Source: Rebecca billardiae RCC1528 (Eukaryota > Protista > Haptophyta). Taken from it: DNA of 64,000 nt. Positions 9,001 to 17,460 of the stretch are shown here, in pieces (the first letter of the stretch is position 1; each line of letters begins with the position of its first letter). Below the pieces are notes generated by a model, which was not told the origin of the DNA, ran no database searches, and saw only the letters and a list, made by a program, of their open reading frames with translations. Both the position numbers and the translations under genes were made by a program. The DNA is taken from the NCBI GenBank assembly GCA_965240325.2, contig OZ251234.1, forward strand, positions 1,798,001 to 1,862,000, given 5' to 3'.

Positions 9001-11634
9001 GGGCAGACGTTCGAGTGGGGGCTGGCGCCGCCGTATGTGCCGGACATGAGCCAGAGCGCGATCGACGCGCGCGTGCGCGCCGCCAACGCCGAGTGGGCGC
9101 GCGTGGACAGCGCGCGCGCGCACTGGGATGCGCTGCAGGCGGACGCGGCGCGGCAGCCGTGCATCGCGGCCGCGGTCGACGCGGACGCGGTCTCGATGGC
9201 GGTCGGCAGCGCCACCGTCTCGGACGCCGTGCTGCACGCGCCGGACGGCGGCGCGCCGCCCGCGCTCCGGCACTTCATGCGCGCGCGGCGCACGCTCCGC
9301 CGCCTCGCCGGCCTGCCCGATCTCGTCGCGCTGTACGCGTGGCTGAGCGAGCACCTGCAGCACCTCGTGACGCACGCCGACGCGGCGCGGCTCACGGCGG
9401 GCCACGTGCTCTCCGAGCCGACGCTGCGCGCGCGCTTCCCTCCGGCGGAGGCGCGGCGCGTGGGCGCGCTGTGGCACCGCGTCGTCGCGTGCTTCAACCT
9501 GTACGCGCGCGAGGTCGGGCACCAGCTCGGCGCCGGGCCGTGCGCCGCACCCAACCCGCTCCCGGCGCTGGACGAGAGCACGGCGCTGCTCCACCTGCTC
9601 TCGGACGGGGCCTCGGTCGACGACGGCAACGACGCGCTGATGCGCGTGATCGTGGCGATGGTGGGTGAGTACAACGAGTTCGCCTCCTCGGCCGCGCCGC
9701 GCGCGGCGGCCTCGCCGTCGGCGCCGCGCCTGTTGCAACCCGGCTGGCTCACGCAACGCCATCTCGTGCTCGGAGATGTGCTGCCGCACGAGATGCGTGC
9801 GCACGCGCACGCGGCCGCTGGCCCCGAGACGGCCTTCGAGAGCTCGATCGACGAGTACTGGGTCCGGCCCGGCGGCCCCGACTTCGACCTGCGCGCGCTC
9901 GAGCGGGACGTCGCCGAGACCTTCCTGCGCCGCTGCCAGCTCATCGACGACCCGGCCGCGCGCCTGCGCCGCCGCTTCCGGTTTCGGTCGGTCGAGCTCG
10001 GCGGCGGCGTGGGCGGCAGCAGAGCGCCGGCCGCGCTCGCGCCGATGGAGGTCCGGGTCGAGCTCCACGCCGTCCTCCGCGCCCTGCGCCACGGCGCCGG
10101 CGAGGACGAGGACGGCGCGCCTGTGCCCGAGCTGAGCGAGGCCGAGAGTGCCGTCATCCGCGCGGCGCTGCACACCGCGCCGCGCGACGCGCTCCGCACC
10201 GTGCTGCGCGCCGTGCGCTTGACGGCCGACCTGTTCGAGCAGCGGCAGGCGCAGCTGGCTGAGGAGGCGGATGAGGAGGGCGGCGCTGCGCAGCGGCAGC
10301 ACCAGCCCGAGCGCCACCGCTCGAGCGCGCAGCCCGGCCCACACCGCGCCACCATGCGCACCGTGCTGCACAGCGCGGGCGCTCACGACGACGCGCGCGC
10401 GCTCGGCAGCGTCGGGCTCGGCGCGCTCGATGGGACGATCGCCGAGCACATCCTCGGCACCGAGGTGCCGCACGGCGCGGCCCGACTCGCCGTGTTCGTC
10501 ACCGACGCGCTCGTGCTGCGCACGCACGACTTTGCGCACGTGCCGCTGCGGTACCAGCAGGAGCTGAGCTGGGACGGCCGCTGCGGCGCGCGCGGCGTCT
10601 CGGACGAGCAGGCGGCGGCCATCTTGGATGAAGTCCTGGCGCACTGGGAGGGCGATCTGCTCGGCCGCGAGCCAGCCGAGTCGATGCGCACGTACCTGCG
10701 CGAGATGCACGCGCTCGACGCGGACGAGGTCGACGTGGACGCCATCCCGGCCGACGCGCGCCTCGGGCACTACGTCTGCGTGCGCCTGGCGCTGCGCCGC
10801 ACGGCGCGCGCTGGCTCGTCCGCGACGGCCGCCGAGCCGCAGCCGCTGGCGCGGGCCGGGCACGCCGCTGCCGCCGAGGACATCTGGGGCGTCACAGACG
10901 GCGAGACCATCGCCATCGCGCGCGACGGCGATGGCGTCGAGCCCCATGCGCCCGACTCGCCGCACGCTGAGAAGCTCTGGTTCGAGGCTTGCCTCACAGA
11001 GCCGCGAGGGCCGGAGGCGGCCGCGCCGCAGTGTGCGGAGGCGCCGCCCAGCGGCGAGCCGTCTGCTCCGGCCTCGGCTGAGGCGTGGGAAGCCGACGCC
11101 GCTGTGCCAGCAGCGCTCGAGGCACCCCCACCTGCGCTCGAGGCGGCTCCTGCCGAGGCCTGCACGCGCCGCGCCGCCCAGCAAGAAGACGCGCCGCCGG
11201 CCGAGGGCCGAGGACCTGCTGCAAGTGAGCGTCCTCGCCCCGAGAAGCCGCAGCCCAACTCGAAGACGCGCGCCGCGCCGCGCGCCCTGCTCTTCGCGCT
11301 CCTCGCAGCCGCTCTCGCCATCTGCCTCCAGCTGGGGGCGCGCCTCCCCGCCCTGCACTGGCCTTTGCGCGCGACTCCGTTCCGCCCGACCGAGCAAGGA
11401 GGACACGACGGCGCTGCTGCCTCGACCCAGTCGGAAGTCTGCGACTTTGTGCGCGCACACCAGCTACCCGAGCGTGCGTGCGATGATCTCGCTCAGCTCG
11501 GCGTGCGAGCGCTTGATGATCTGGACCTGCTCGAGGAGGCGGGCGTGCAGGTGCAGGACCTACCATTCGCCCGTGCCCCGGTCGACCGGCTGAAGTGGGA
11601 GCGGGCCGTGGCCACGCGTCGGCACACGCCGTAG
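1..11634 (+). CDS. RNF213/mysterin-like giant AAA+ ATPase and putative E3 ligase with vWA insertion and Rcat/IBR-like finger (5' partial)
   Basis: Frame is open from base 1 (ERTSAADVELFLGR...), so the start lies outside the window. RNF213-type motifs occur in the expected order: VVWSAYAGAGKT, LTLDFVVKLLRIHERVACGVPCIMEGETGVSKT, FLDEVNT, IAACNP, VSLRD, IIGPPGSSKT, VFMDEAGL, LKVLH, NHVLDAAKSNR, FGLRDF, RNFGG, SFYALFNQ, FLNRFEKH, FHGGWRHTFVDD, LPDLVALY. vWA motif DVSGS..GGT..LTDGE at about 980-1540. CPHC..GCEAMVC at about 8880-9040. Confidence 0.88.
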   Translation, partial: ERTSAADVELFLGRASGDVCAGRPFILARADRLSTAAQEAVRAFLLGAERGGSAQLSLHITVHGPSFVPPMPWIGTRVWSAGSADASAPVSASGGGGSLPSSAAVAQTVRAAVTADAAVESVTVVWSAYAGAGKTHLVRKQLAREPDDARKLVLGLDEHFCAEDVAEALERAALPAGSTVVVQLHAGHFADAAELDALMARVDALLFQLLVQRYVSGGAHKRSFTLAPGSRWRVWVEVPSAIGHRGRARERLAPGAPDEERVAREQATWMCRVLPALCLLKHHELSPSAPAVLDLDPSVERVCKYLRAYRDGTIDRKFGGAGSAPAKHLALCIDVSGSMRGSKFETALRELLRLFDEHAVPGDLISALSFDHTHHVAVEAQPVPADAGARTGLRAQLAGLPFLNGGTDMYNALARAVRCCEKPAEFTGESWIICLTDGESAPTLPASGLEPALDRSTNLHLAVIGVALPDRLRPHIESLCARPPGSRGRYVECGQSADAMSTAFGAVAALLPVSQTFDLDGELSDSECHELLAAYMPPHVRSPASGMLLQHFWVRYLHRRVRVFDANDFFNYNEEHDELGSTIMRIMLEEVGASLAPDQGKHWAGDVHRQMIYEMTEDGPKFAMLCTAPDLIDEDEHDTIARLGFDLPSADDLTDRACLERLLARALGLELDASGRLAPLHVEGFVLTLDFVVKLLRIHERVACGVPCIMEGETGVSKTALTRMYAILINRSTHERTARERAARAAHRALAPLEDALRGAELLPAPTAMAPADLEPGLGSEAVVALGETIAAALEREAAAADLCRAAVQALAREPPPGCTPAPPAVAEGAATGGGQALAELVRHVARAEVPPLFFHINVHAALTADDVHAALRPACAAADALHAGARAASGDGAAAPADADPASEAKVVLFLDEVNTASCMGVFKELIVDRTHRGAALPSNLLLIAACNPARTLEVGGDSAGNGTGGGGPPPQQQQQPAAALSQDDLGKDWALGHYQVRAMPATLRSFMWEYGALGRAQEEDFVRQRLVMRADLPAAAASAAATAIVTCQHFVRQCSAEHIARRLRRACPGMSEAAVREEADERSQATVSLRDIQRTFTLLDFFTGPVWRACAGFGAPGSAAERRARADGAADAEVAHAALMLAMVVVYYARLSAEYRGRLEEQMATLPTSAAAGAGGPPARRSWSLRAALARAMDTVVEATELPRGVARTEGLRENVFMTFACAMAGVPLMIIGPPGSSKTLSVNAVSSNAHGMESARAFFRPLPRIETFHYQCSHQSTSTDIERVFVRAIERQRLQDRERLRCLVFMDEAGLPEEGRESLKVLHYFLEQDATPSDRGGAAEPSAGSRTRVSFVAVTNHVLDAAKSNRCACLLRSEPSEDELHAIASSCLFDSAESAPSPLHLVSGLPAEGVRVEQLLLGLCTAYRDLCREHEWFEARFGLRDFIHTLRLLRRTSVASSTGLALSGEALLRAISRNFGGIERERLATVATTFFARVLGRRDADVSARVRALLPPQLDALEAAIADGAPTADAFAPRYLLILDPSPDEAALRLPREHGIAALGGGGGYGGGEPSPGGGSSVVLKLSDFHEDAEARRVGIVSSVKHAAAHGRFVELSSCEATHESFYALFNQQFKTIAPTAEGGEPQTFTTIALNAYSQMCVVRPAFRCAVHMPLAGVDKAPAAFLNRFEKHVLSAADVLRARLRGAPPGLASALEAARLSMCKLAAKLEGASSLRGYVEEQTADSILLAMLVRPEPPSAAAPDPPCARAAPPAAHPPVAAASAALARALGWPALSHASSCALPDAAAAELRGSLGPELAAAWDEALAPPCPAERVPSWEQAAADALAGATGVDSPPRTRLAAAVCARIVAWRACVRLLGLATPEAICRLHARVPPSLLAAYLDADLGHFAPTCVARAKAHGGLQVVHARAAVAGAQRLWAAAAQPEGRVVQLAMMGTEKRLVDELEAWARGPPSGVLVAIVDLSAVRPSRVHFLRFAAERALRDRAERLAGSGGGGGVAHEAASIGARAAEPPAPAAPGLVLVLQPPASASLCADSSASYPALFHGGWRHTFVDDAAAVAGQAAGGACAEGHARLAGEAARAWCLTACGLEAEWDSPAYLMSLGPAMRRAVAGRVAGLDDAASGGAVAGPGAGAGASSDPSAGAGTLPARAEALERLLGARLGEGERTLEHALCARFARVLPSEVVRAEVKAAAARLVAADGAASLCEEVGAGFAAAYANFVAAFVARTCADGTAVLLIEHAARAAEPPECGVPGAAPSAQPAAGPEPPQPAGVRALPIDPLVALLPVPPLRELQLLSQPHPARGCARPAAFPFFRVAEAALDSALDEARAQLDAAEPSRSGGGGAAAQSAAHVLRTPAADADVAARARELVRAERGGEHRLAAWLIERLEGDEELALAFAREACSALSLGAAALDASATRVVVEAVLLPQLLERARGCACALRLLQGARRLRVDAVSLAGFATALPLELWTSGQLGAAAPSADAGAATPAQRAAMRAAEYALDRAAALAADLDSPAAAWQAWGTSARELLQEAQCVLHGEEAPSAALLAPLDALACAEALHAAGEGGESLAQLLRLPPSSGGGSSSDEGVFERACELLEARAAEGAGASGRRGDERARRALWRLLRWRSSPWRLSALGAEAVPATARSAAAAVSQARLLNEGQAVALMARVLAHAPAADASATAAAAAGGEPRADPRGAPGWAAVEAALQARADDPRHAPWSPAAWVAGDAAADGHPGQRLERACGVALVKLELSAPRAYADGRAEHELRYFCQRLGGDDVAAAPRSAGRLEALRDEAVKALFAKFIAHALVRVATGGARARQGVSMRERAAFAALERQRTADWQAAKERGALRLLASDPRLQAIVVRTILAKYGEPAVEQVLFDARALLAEPWADELRAHVLPPAALEAASQHAREHTRQRLARAAMQERQDEAWKAANCRLCPHCRTLVYRSEGCEAMVCGRDYHDAAAAQGTRAGCGQTFEWGLAPPYVPDMSQSAIDARVRAANAEWARVDSARAHWDALQADAARQPCIAAAVDADAVSMAVGSATVSDAVLHAPDGGAPPALRHFMRARRTLRRLAGLPDLVALYAWLSEHLQHLVTHADAARLTAGHVLSEPTLRARFPPAEARRVGALWHRVVACFNLYAREVGHQLGAGPCAAPNPLPALDESTALLHLLSDGASVDDGNDALMRVIVAMVGEYNEFASSAAPRAAASPSAPRLLQPGWLTQRHLVLGDVLPHEMRAHAHAAAGPETAFESSIDEYWVRPGGPDFDLRALERDVAETFLRRCQLIDDPAARLRRRFRFRSVELGGGVGGSRAPAALAPMEVRVELHAVLRALRHGAGEDEDGAPVPELSEAESAVIRAALHTAPRDALRTVLRAVRLTADLFEQRQAQLAEEADEEGGAAQRQHQPERHRSSAQPGPHRATMRTVLHSAGAHDDARALGSVGLGALDGTIAEHILGTEVPHGAARLAVFVTDALVLRTHDFAHVPLRYQQELSWDGRCGARGVSDEQAAAILDEVLAHWEGDLLGREPAESMRTYLREMHALDADEVDVDAIPADARLGHYVCVRLALRRTARAGSSATAAEPQPLARAGHAAAAEDIWGVTDGETIAIARDGDGVEPHAPDSPHAEKLWFEACLTEPRGPEAAAPQCAEAPPSGEPSAPASAEAWEADAAVPAALEAPPPALEAAPAEACTRRAAQQEDAPPAEGRGPAASERPRPEKPQPNSKTRAAPRALLFALLAAALAICLQLGARLPALHWPLRATPFRPTEQGGHDGAAASTQSEVCDFVRAHQLPERACDDLAQLGVRALDDLDLLEEAGVQVQDLPFARAPVDRLKWERAVATRRHTP

Positions 11635-11869
11635 CCGCCGCGCTACGGACGGCACGGTCCGTCACTCACCCACGGAGTACGGTCACAATGGTCACATCGT
11701 CGTTTGCACACGACTGCTGCGGCTTCCGCCGAACGCGACGACGCCGGTGCTGTAATATGCTGTTGAGCCTGACGATGCTGATGATGAGCGCGCAGCGGAC
11801 AATCTGCGAGCGCGCGCTGACGGTCAGACGTCAGTGTCACGGCGGTGGGAATCATCAATGCATGCGCCG

Positions 11870-11900
11870 ATACATACACACACACACATATATATATATA
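11870..11900. repeat. (CA)n/(TA)n microsatellite
   Basis: atacatacacacacacacatatatatatata read directly from the sequence. Confidence 0.9.
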
Positions 11901-12693
11901 CAGGGGTCGTCTCAACAATTAAACGTCACATTCTGATGACTGAGCTGCACGCCACTGCTCACCCTGCCCCCCTGGGCTGATCCAGGCGGCCCCCACGGCC
12001 CGTGCACGACGGTTTCGACCCAGCGCGTCAGCCCGGAGCCCCAGCGCGCGTGGGCTGGAGTTGGGCACATCACCAGCAGGTCACACGGCTGCAGGCGTAC
12101 AGCCTGTCGCAGCTGGCCAGATCCTGCCGCAGGCTTGTCGTCACTGGTCGCGGGCCGTGTGCCCACACAGACCAGGCCTAAATTGTGCTTGGCAGTGGAT
12201 CTGGTACCCCCTAGGGAGGGCTGCATGCCACATGGGGGGGAGCTCATGGGATGCAGCTGCTGTGGCACAGTGCCCAATCCCGCGCGCCCACCTGCGCAAG
12301 GACCTGTCGGGTGAGCTCCCCTGCGTGGGAGGCCAGCAGCAGCACCCGCTGACACACCCCGAGGGTGGCCAGCCTCCCGACTTGAGGGGGCTGGAGTGGG
12401 GCTGGTGCAGCCAAGAGCTCTGCAGCCTAGCTGCTGGTGGCTGGCCTGCATGGATTTTCAAGCTGACCACCCACTGCTGCCTGCCGCACCCCTCGCTGCA
12501 CCCACCTGGGCTGCTGCACATGCGCACTCTGGATGGCACCACAGCCCAGCATGGAGAGCTGGCCAAGCAGCCACCCACTCGTCAGAATAGCCAGGGAGTG
12601 GGCTGTGCTAGACCACATCTAGCCAGGCAATCAAGTGCTCACATGCCTGTCCAGTGGCACAAACAGAGATACAGCTAATTGTTGAGAACCCTG
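11901..12693. mobile_element. Non-autonomous TIR DNA transposon (Tc1/mariner-type MITE), 793 bp
   Basis: Left end TA|CAGGGGTCGTCTCAACAATTA; right end TAATTGTTGAGAACCCTG|TA (reverse complement CAGGGTTCTCAACAATTA). Imperfect TIRs, TA on both sides, no transposase ORF, CpG-depleted interior. Confidence 0.7.
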
Positions 12694-13131
12694 TATATAA
12701 TATATGTATATATATATTATACTGCTATCGGGGTACTGCCGTACTGACGACGCCGGTTGCTAATGCTAACTATTTAAACTAAGGCTTCGCATCGTCTGCC
12801 CATCGTATACTCGGTATAGTCGCGTCGTATGATCATAATAGTACTAATTGAACGAATATTTCATTAATGTACTAATCACAGGCTACGCGACGAGTCGAGT
12901 GGCGTGACCACGTGACGCCGACGAACGACAGGCGTCGTCAGGCCGGAACTTACGATATACTACGATGTGCATGCCGTGTCAATATGATGAGCAGGCATCA
13001 TCAGCATCAGTCGTATCGTCAGTAAAGTCGTCGGTGGGCACTCGGTGGCATCTGACGACTGTCGTAGTAGTCATACGCTGAAACTGTAAGTATATATATA
13101 TTATATATATAGATATATGCCAGTGACTGAA

Positions 13132-14800
13132 TGACCGCGTTCCGCGGTCCTTTTTCCGTAGAACGAACGTAGTTCAGGGCCCGCGGTGGCGGTGCACCCT
13201 CCGTCGCAGTCGTCTATTGACAGACCAGTTGCATATGCCCGTACAACTAGACTCCATCAGCGGCGCGCCGCCGCCCGCCGCGCCGGGCGGGCCCATTGCA
13301 GCCGCCGGCGCGGCGCCGATTGTGTACAGGCGGATGCGACGAGGCGTGATCGACGCATGAGCGCGACTCCACGTGCACACCAGGCCACGCGGAGCTGACA
13401 GCCAGGGAGCACGGTGCGGGGCCGCGGATTCGTTCGGGCCGCTGCTGCTGACCGCTGTCCCCGGGGTCACCCCCCGCGCCGGCAGCGCCCGGGAGTAGGG
13501 CTGGAGGAGTAGGGTCCGAGTAGGGTTCGACCAGCGCCTGCGCGACGGCCGACAGGCGGGCGCGAGGCGTGATCGACGCATGAGCACAACTCTACGTGCA
13601 CGCCAGGCCACGCGGAGCTGACAGCCCGAGGGAGCACGGTGCCGAGGTGCGAGGGCACCGGTGATCCGGTTCGCGCACTCTCCGCGCGTGCACGGGCAGC
13701 TGACACACCTCGATCAGGCTCGGCACGCGTTGCAGAGGCACGGCCAGCTCTGGGGACGTCACGCACCACCGTCGCCCGCGCAGCTCGTCCTCCTCGTAGA
13801 GTACCGTTCAGTTCCGAGGCGTAGCCCTCGCTCAGAGTCGACCGACGATGGACTCGGATCGTCGGCGCGCCTGCTCTCTCTCAATCAAGAAGAGTTCTGG
13901 GAGACCCCGGAAAGGCATGGCAAGGGCGGCGCGTGGTGAAGTCGAAGGCTCAGAGATCGATCAGTCCGGCATCAGGCGCCGCTGCCCCCGAGCTTGCGAG
14001 AGCCCGAACACAGGGCGGCGGCTGCGGCGCCGGCTCGCGGACACGCCGGGGCCGCGCAAGGCCGCGCCGAGGCATCGACAGGGCGGCAGGGGCGGCGGGG
14101 GCGCGCGGAGTGAGCGGGGGCACGACGAACGCGATGTCGACGGCAGTCGGGACCCGCCGCAGCCGCGCGCTCCAGGCGCCATTCGCCGCGCGCACCTGCC
14201 CATCGCCGTCCTCACCCGTCGCTCGTGAGCCTCGTGCCCGTGGCTCGCCTCCAAACGCGGGCCGCCTCTGGTGGGCCGCCGCCCGGGGCCACGCGCGCGC
14301 CCAACCAAGTCCGTTCGCGTCAGATAGTATTGAGATTCGCCGAGGTTGGCCCATCGGCTACTGACCCTTGCCTCGTCGGCTCCTGATACAGACACGGCGC
14401 GATTGAATAGCGTTGATTCAACTGATTCAAGGGACGTACATGGTGACATCGGTTCGCGGCAATCTCTATCTAGATACGCCATCGCTCCTTGGACCTTGCT
14501 GCAATCTCATTGGCCGGAAAAATCGCTTGTAACGGTTCGTTACGTTAGGGATCCTAAAGGGCGTGAAGTTTTTTGGACGGGCGTCACTCCACGCTTTACT
14601 ATGAACTTGCCGTGATGGGCGCGACCTTTTTCGGCCGTGATGCATCGGTAGAGAGGGTCTCAAAATTCGAAACTCGGTCTCCTCCAGCCATGAAAATCGT
14701 CCCCCGTCCCTTTTTTCTTGATCAAAGATCTTTTTGAAACGTTGTTCGGGCCCGCTGGTGCGGGCTCCACGCTGCGCGCTCCGCCCTGCACCGCGGGCCA
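13132..14800 (-). mobile_element. 1669-bp interspersed repeat, copy 1; non-autonomous Helitron2/Helentron-like element
   Basis: Near-identical to 19739-21407. Boundaries A|TGACC...GGCCA|T with no longer TSD. Perfect terminal hairpin GACCGCG-TTC-CGCGGTC at 13133-13149. Asymmetric 11-bp inverted repeat GGCCCGCGGTG (13178-13188) / CACCGCGGGCC (14789-14799). Internal ~65-bp duplication at about 13340 and 13562. No credible coding sequence. Confidence 0.6.
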
Positions 14801-17146
14801 TAAGTATTTAACCTATAGTATAGTCGCGATTGGCGCTGCTGATGTGAGTGATGAGCCACCGGCCGAGAGTACACTGTAGCAGCTATATATTGAACGGCGC
14901 ATATGTCTAGCCGTCCTCGAAGCGCCTGCGCCATCCAGATGCAGCGAGGAGGCGAGGCACACGCCGGGCAGGGCGGAGCCACGCGGCGAGATACCAGACT
15001 TTATGATAGATTGTATATGGCGGGCGGATTTTGTTCCTCGGAAAGTCGGAAACAAAGTGCGAGCGGCAGCCAGCGCTCGGGCCGAGTGCGCAGCAGGACT
15101 GGCCGCTCGACGCCGACAGACGCGCGGTGTGAGACTATGGATAACCCCGTACGCGGTTCACCAATTGGCGCCGTCCGGGGCCCCCGCCAACCTTGCCTAC
15201 TATTTGCCTAAGGCCCAGGAGCAGCACAGCGAGAAAGTTGTTCTGGGTCGTTGTGCGAGCGCACAGAGTACTCAGTAGGTGGGTCCCTGGCGATTTTCCA
15301 GCGTTCTTTTAAACATTTACCGGGTTTTCTGGCCGGATTTCTTTTCGCGCGGGGCGCGGCTCGGGAAAATCGCCGGGCCGCCGGCCGAGGTCCGATCTGA
15401 ACGCTCCCGACGATGTCGGAGCGCCTCTCCAGCGCGACCGAGCCGCCGTGTGTCGGGTAGACCACAGCCAACACCTATCGCGCGCTCGAGCGCTTTGCGC
15501 GTGCTCACGGATGGGATCCGTGGTCACACATCCCCCGCCTGGCACGTGCCCGCATGTTTGACTCTCGCCCGGCTAGACGCGTACAGACAACTTGAATCGA
15601 TCGGCGGGTGTTCGACCCGTGCCTTCGAGCAGGGTCAGTTTTTGCCACATGCGGGTCAGGCGACGGGAGGCATGGGCCAGTATCGTGCTCGGGCATGCTC
15701 TTGACGCTCCCGCCATCTTGAGCAGCTCAACGCACCGTGAAGGTGACATTTGGGCTGCGCGCAAGCTGCTCGTGAGAACGCACGACAGCCAGCCCCGGGC
15801 TCTCGGGGAGTCATGTAAGCGATTGGCGACTTCCGAGAGGGCGTGTTTGGTGGGGGTTGGTACCAATCATCGACCAGCAGGCCTAGGATGGGTGCACTGA
15901 GGACTTGGGATGCTGAGAAGCCGCCGCGATGTGCGGCGAGCACGCCGACTTGCCATCCGTGTGCACGATCCAGCGCCAGGAAGATCAGCAGGGCCTTTGA
16001 CAGCGGCAGCAGGCGCTCAGCCATCCTTCCCTATGCCGAGTGTGGGCATAGCCTGCGGTGCTCGAGGGTGGTCGCAGGATATGGGTCCATTCTTGACAGA
16101 ACGCGGTCGCGTTGACAGGCGCGGGTGCCACCCCACGCTGTTGCTCCTGCCATCGGGTGGTCCCACTCGTTCCGCTTGTGGTCTGCGAAGACTCGTACTC
16201 AGCAACTCTACGGCTAGGCGTAGTAGCCCCCCAGACGCATGTCTGATGATTGCCCGGCACGTCCTCGTCGTCACGTTGGGTGTACTTGAGCGAGCGGAAG
16301 CCGCAACGTGATGGCTAGGCCAGCAGCTCAACCATCTGACGTCTCGCCGGCCAATTGGCTGAGTGCTCTCAGCCTAGCAGCAGCGTCGGTGAACCTATCG
16401 TATTGCTGCCTGGCGAGAAGATGGTAGGAGGCATCGTCGGCGGCATGGGCTGCAGCTGCGGTAGTCGTGGACTGGTGGCGGCCTCACGCGGGTGGGCATA
16501 CGACGACCGGTGACACGCGGAGTACGAGCACGGAAGCCGCTGAACGCGGCAAGCTCCGGCGGTGGCGTTGGCTGAGAGTCCAGCCTCGACGGCGGAGGGC
16601 TCCCGTGTGACGACGATGGCATGCTCGGTGGCGGGCGATGGTGTGCGCCTCGGCACGCAGCCCGCCACAAACACTGCCACTCGCAGGCAGTCCGCCGGTT
16701 GCGGCCCGGGTTGCCTGTGTCCGCGTCGCTCCGGGCGCCTATTCGATGACCCAACAAACGTACCCACTTATCGGAACGAATTTGAATATATAGTGAACCG
16801 CATCCACGGCCAATATAAAGTGGGTAATACTCGTACTATATACGGGTAAGTGGCTATATATAAAGTGGGTAATATGCTCGATCTTGCTGTAGTTTGTTGG
16901 AGGTATCAGCGCACAGCATAGAGCCCCACTCTTTGCTTCATAAAATGGTTCGGTCGGGTGTCAACGGTTGCCAATAAGTCATTCCGATCGCATGTCGCCA
17001 TCTAGCCACCATAACCATGAAGTAACGCTTCGCCTCGGCCGCCTGGCCCTGGCTCGGGCCGAATGGCAGGCAGGTGTTGTGTCTGTCTGCTGTCAAGTTG
17101 TGATACAGCGCGCATTGTCAGCGCGCTCCCACCAGTCCTCTAGTAC

Positions 17147-17150
<4 letters not shown>

Positions 17151-17237
<87 letters not shown>
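17151..17237. repeat. (TA)n microsatellite, about 43 units
   Basis: Pure TA run about 220 bp downstream of the enoyl-CoA hydratase stop codon. Confidence 0.97.
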
Positions 17238-17240
<3 letters not shown>

Positions 17241-17460
17241 TTAGTATTATTGTGCCAATAACTACGACCCCACATATATACTGTAAGCGCAAACGACTCA
17301 TCATCATTGCTCTGGCTCAGCAGCATACAGTACATGCTGCATGCTGCTGCTGACTCGACATGGCACCGTCGACTTGCCTTGCATATCAGCTTGCTGGCTC
17401 GCTGCTGCCAGGCCGCCTCGGCGCCTCGTCGCGGCCGGCCGCCCGGCCGACGGCGGGCGC

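Noticed and set aside
216-11665. Numerous overlapping Arg/Ala-rich ORFs on both strands within the RNF213-like gene (likewise in other genes)
   Set aside because: Expected stop-codon scarcity at very high GC; no motifs.
14801-17150. Short ORFs, a PBS-like TGGCGCCGT at about 15166, and an 11-bp inverted repeat at about 15289/15364
   Set aside because: No recognisable domain, no associated LTR, and the matches are short enough to arise by chance. The region remains unexplained.
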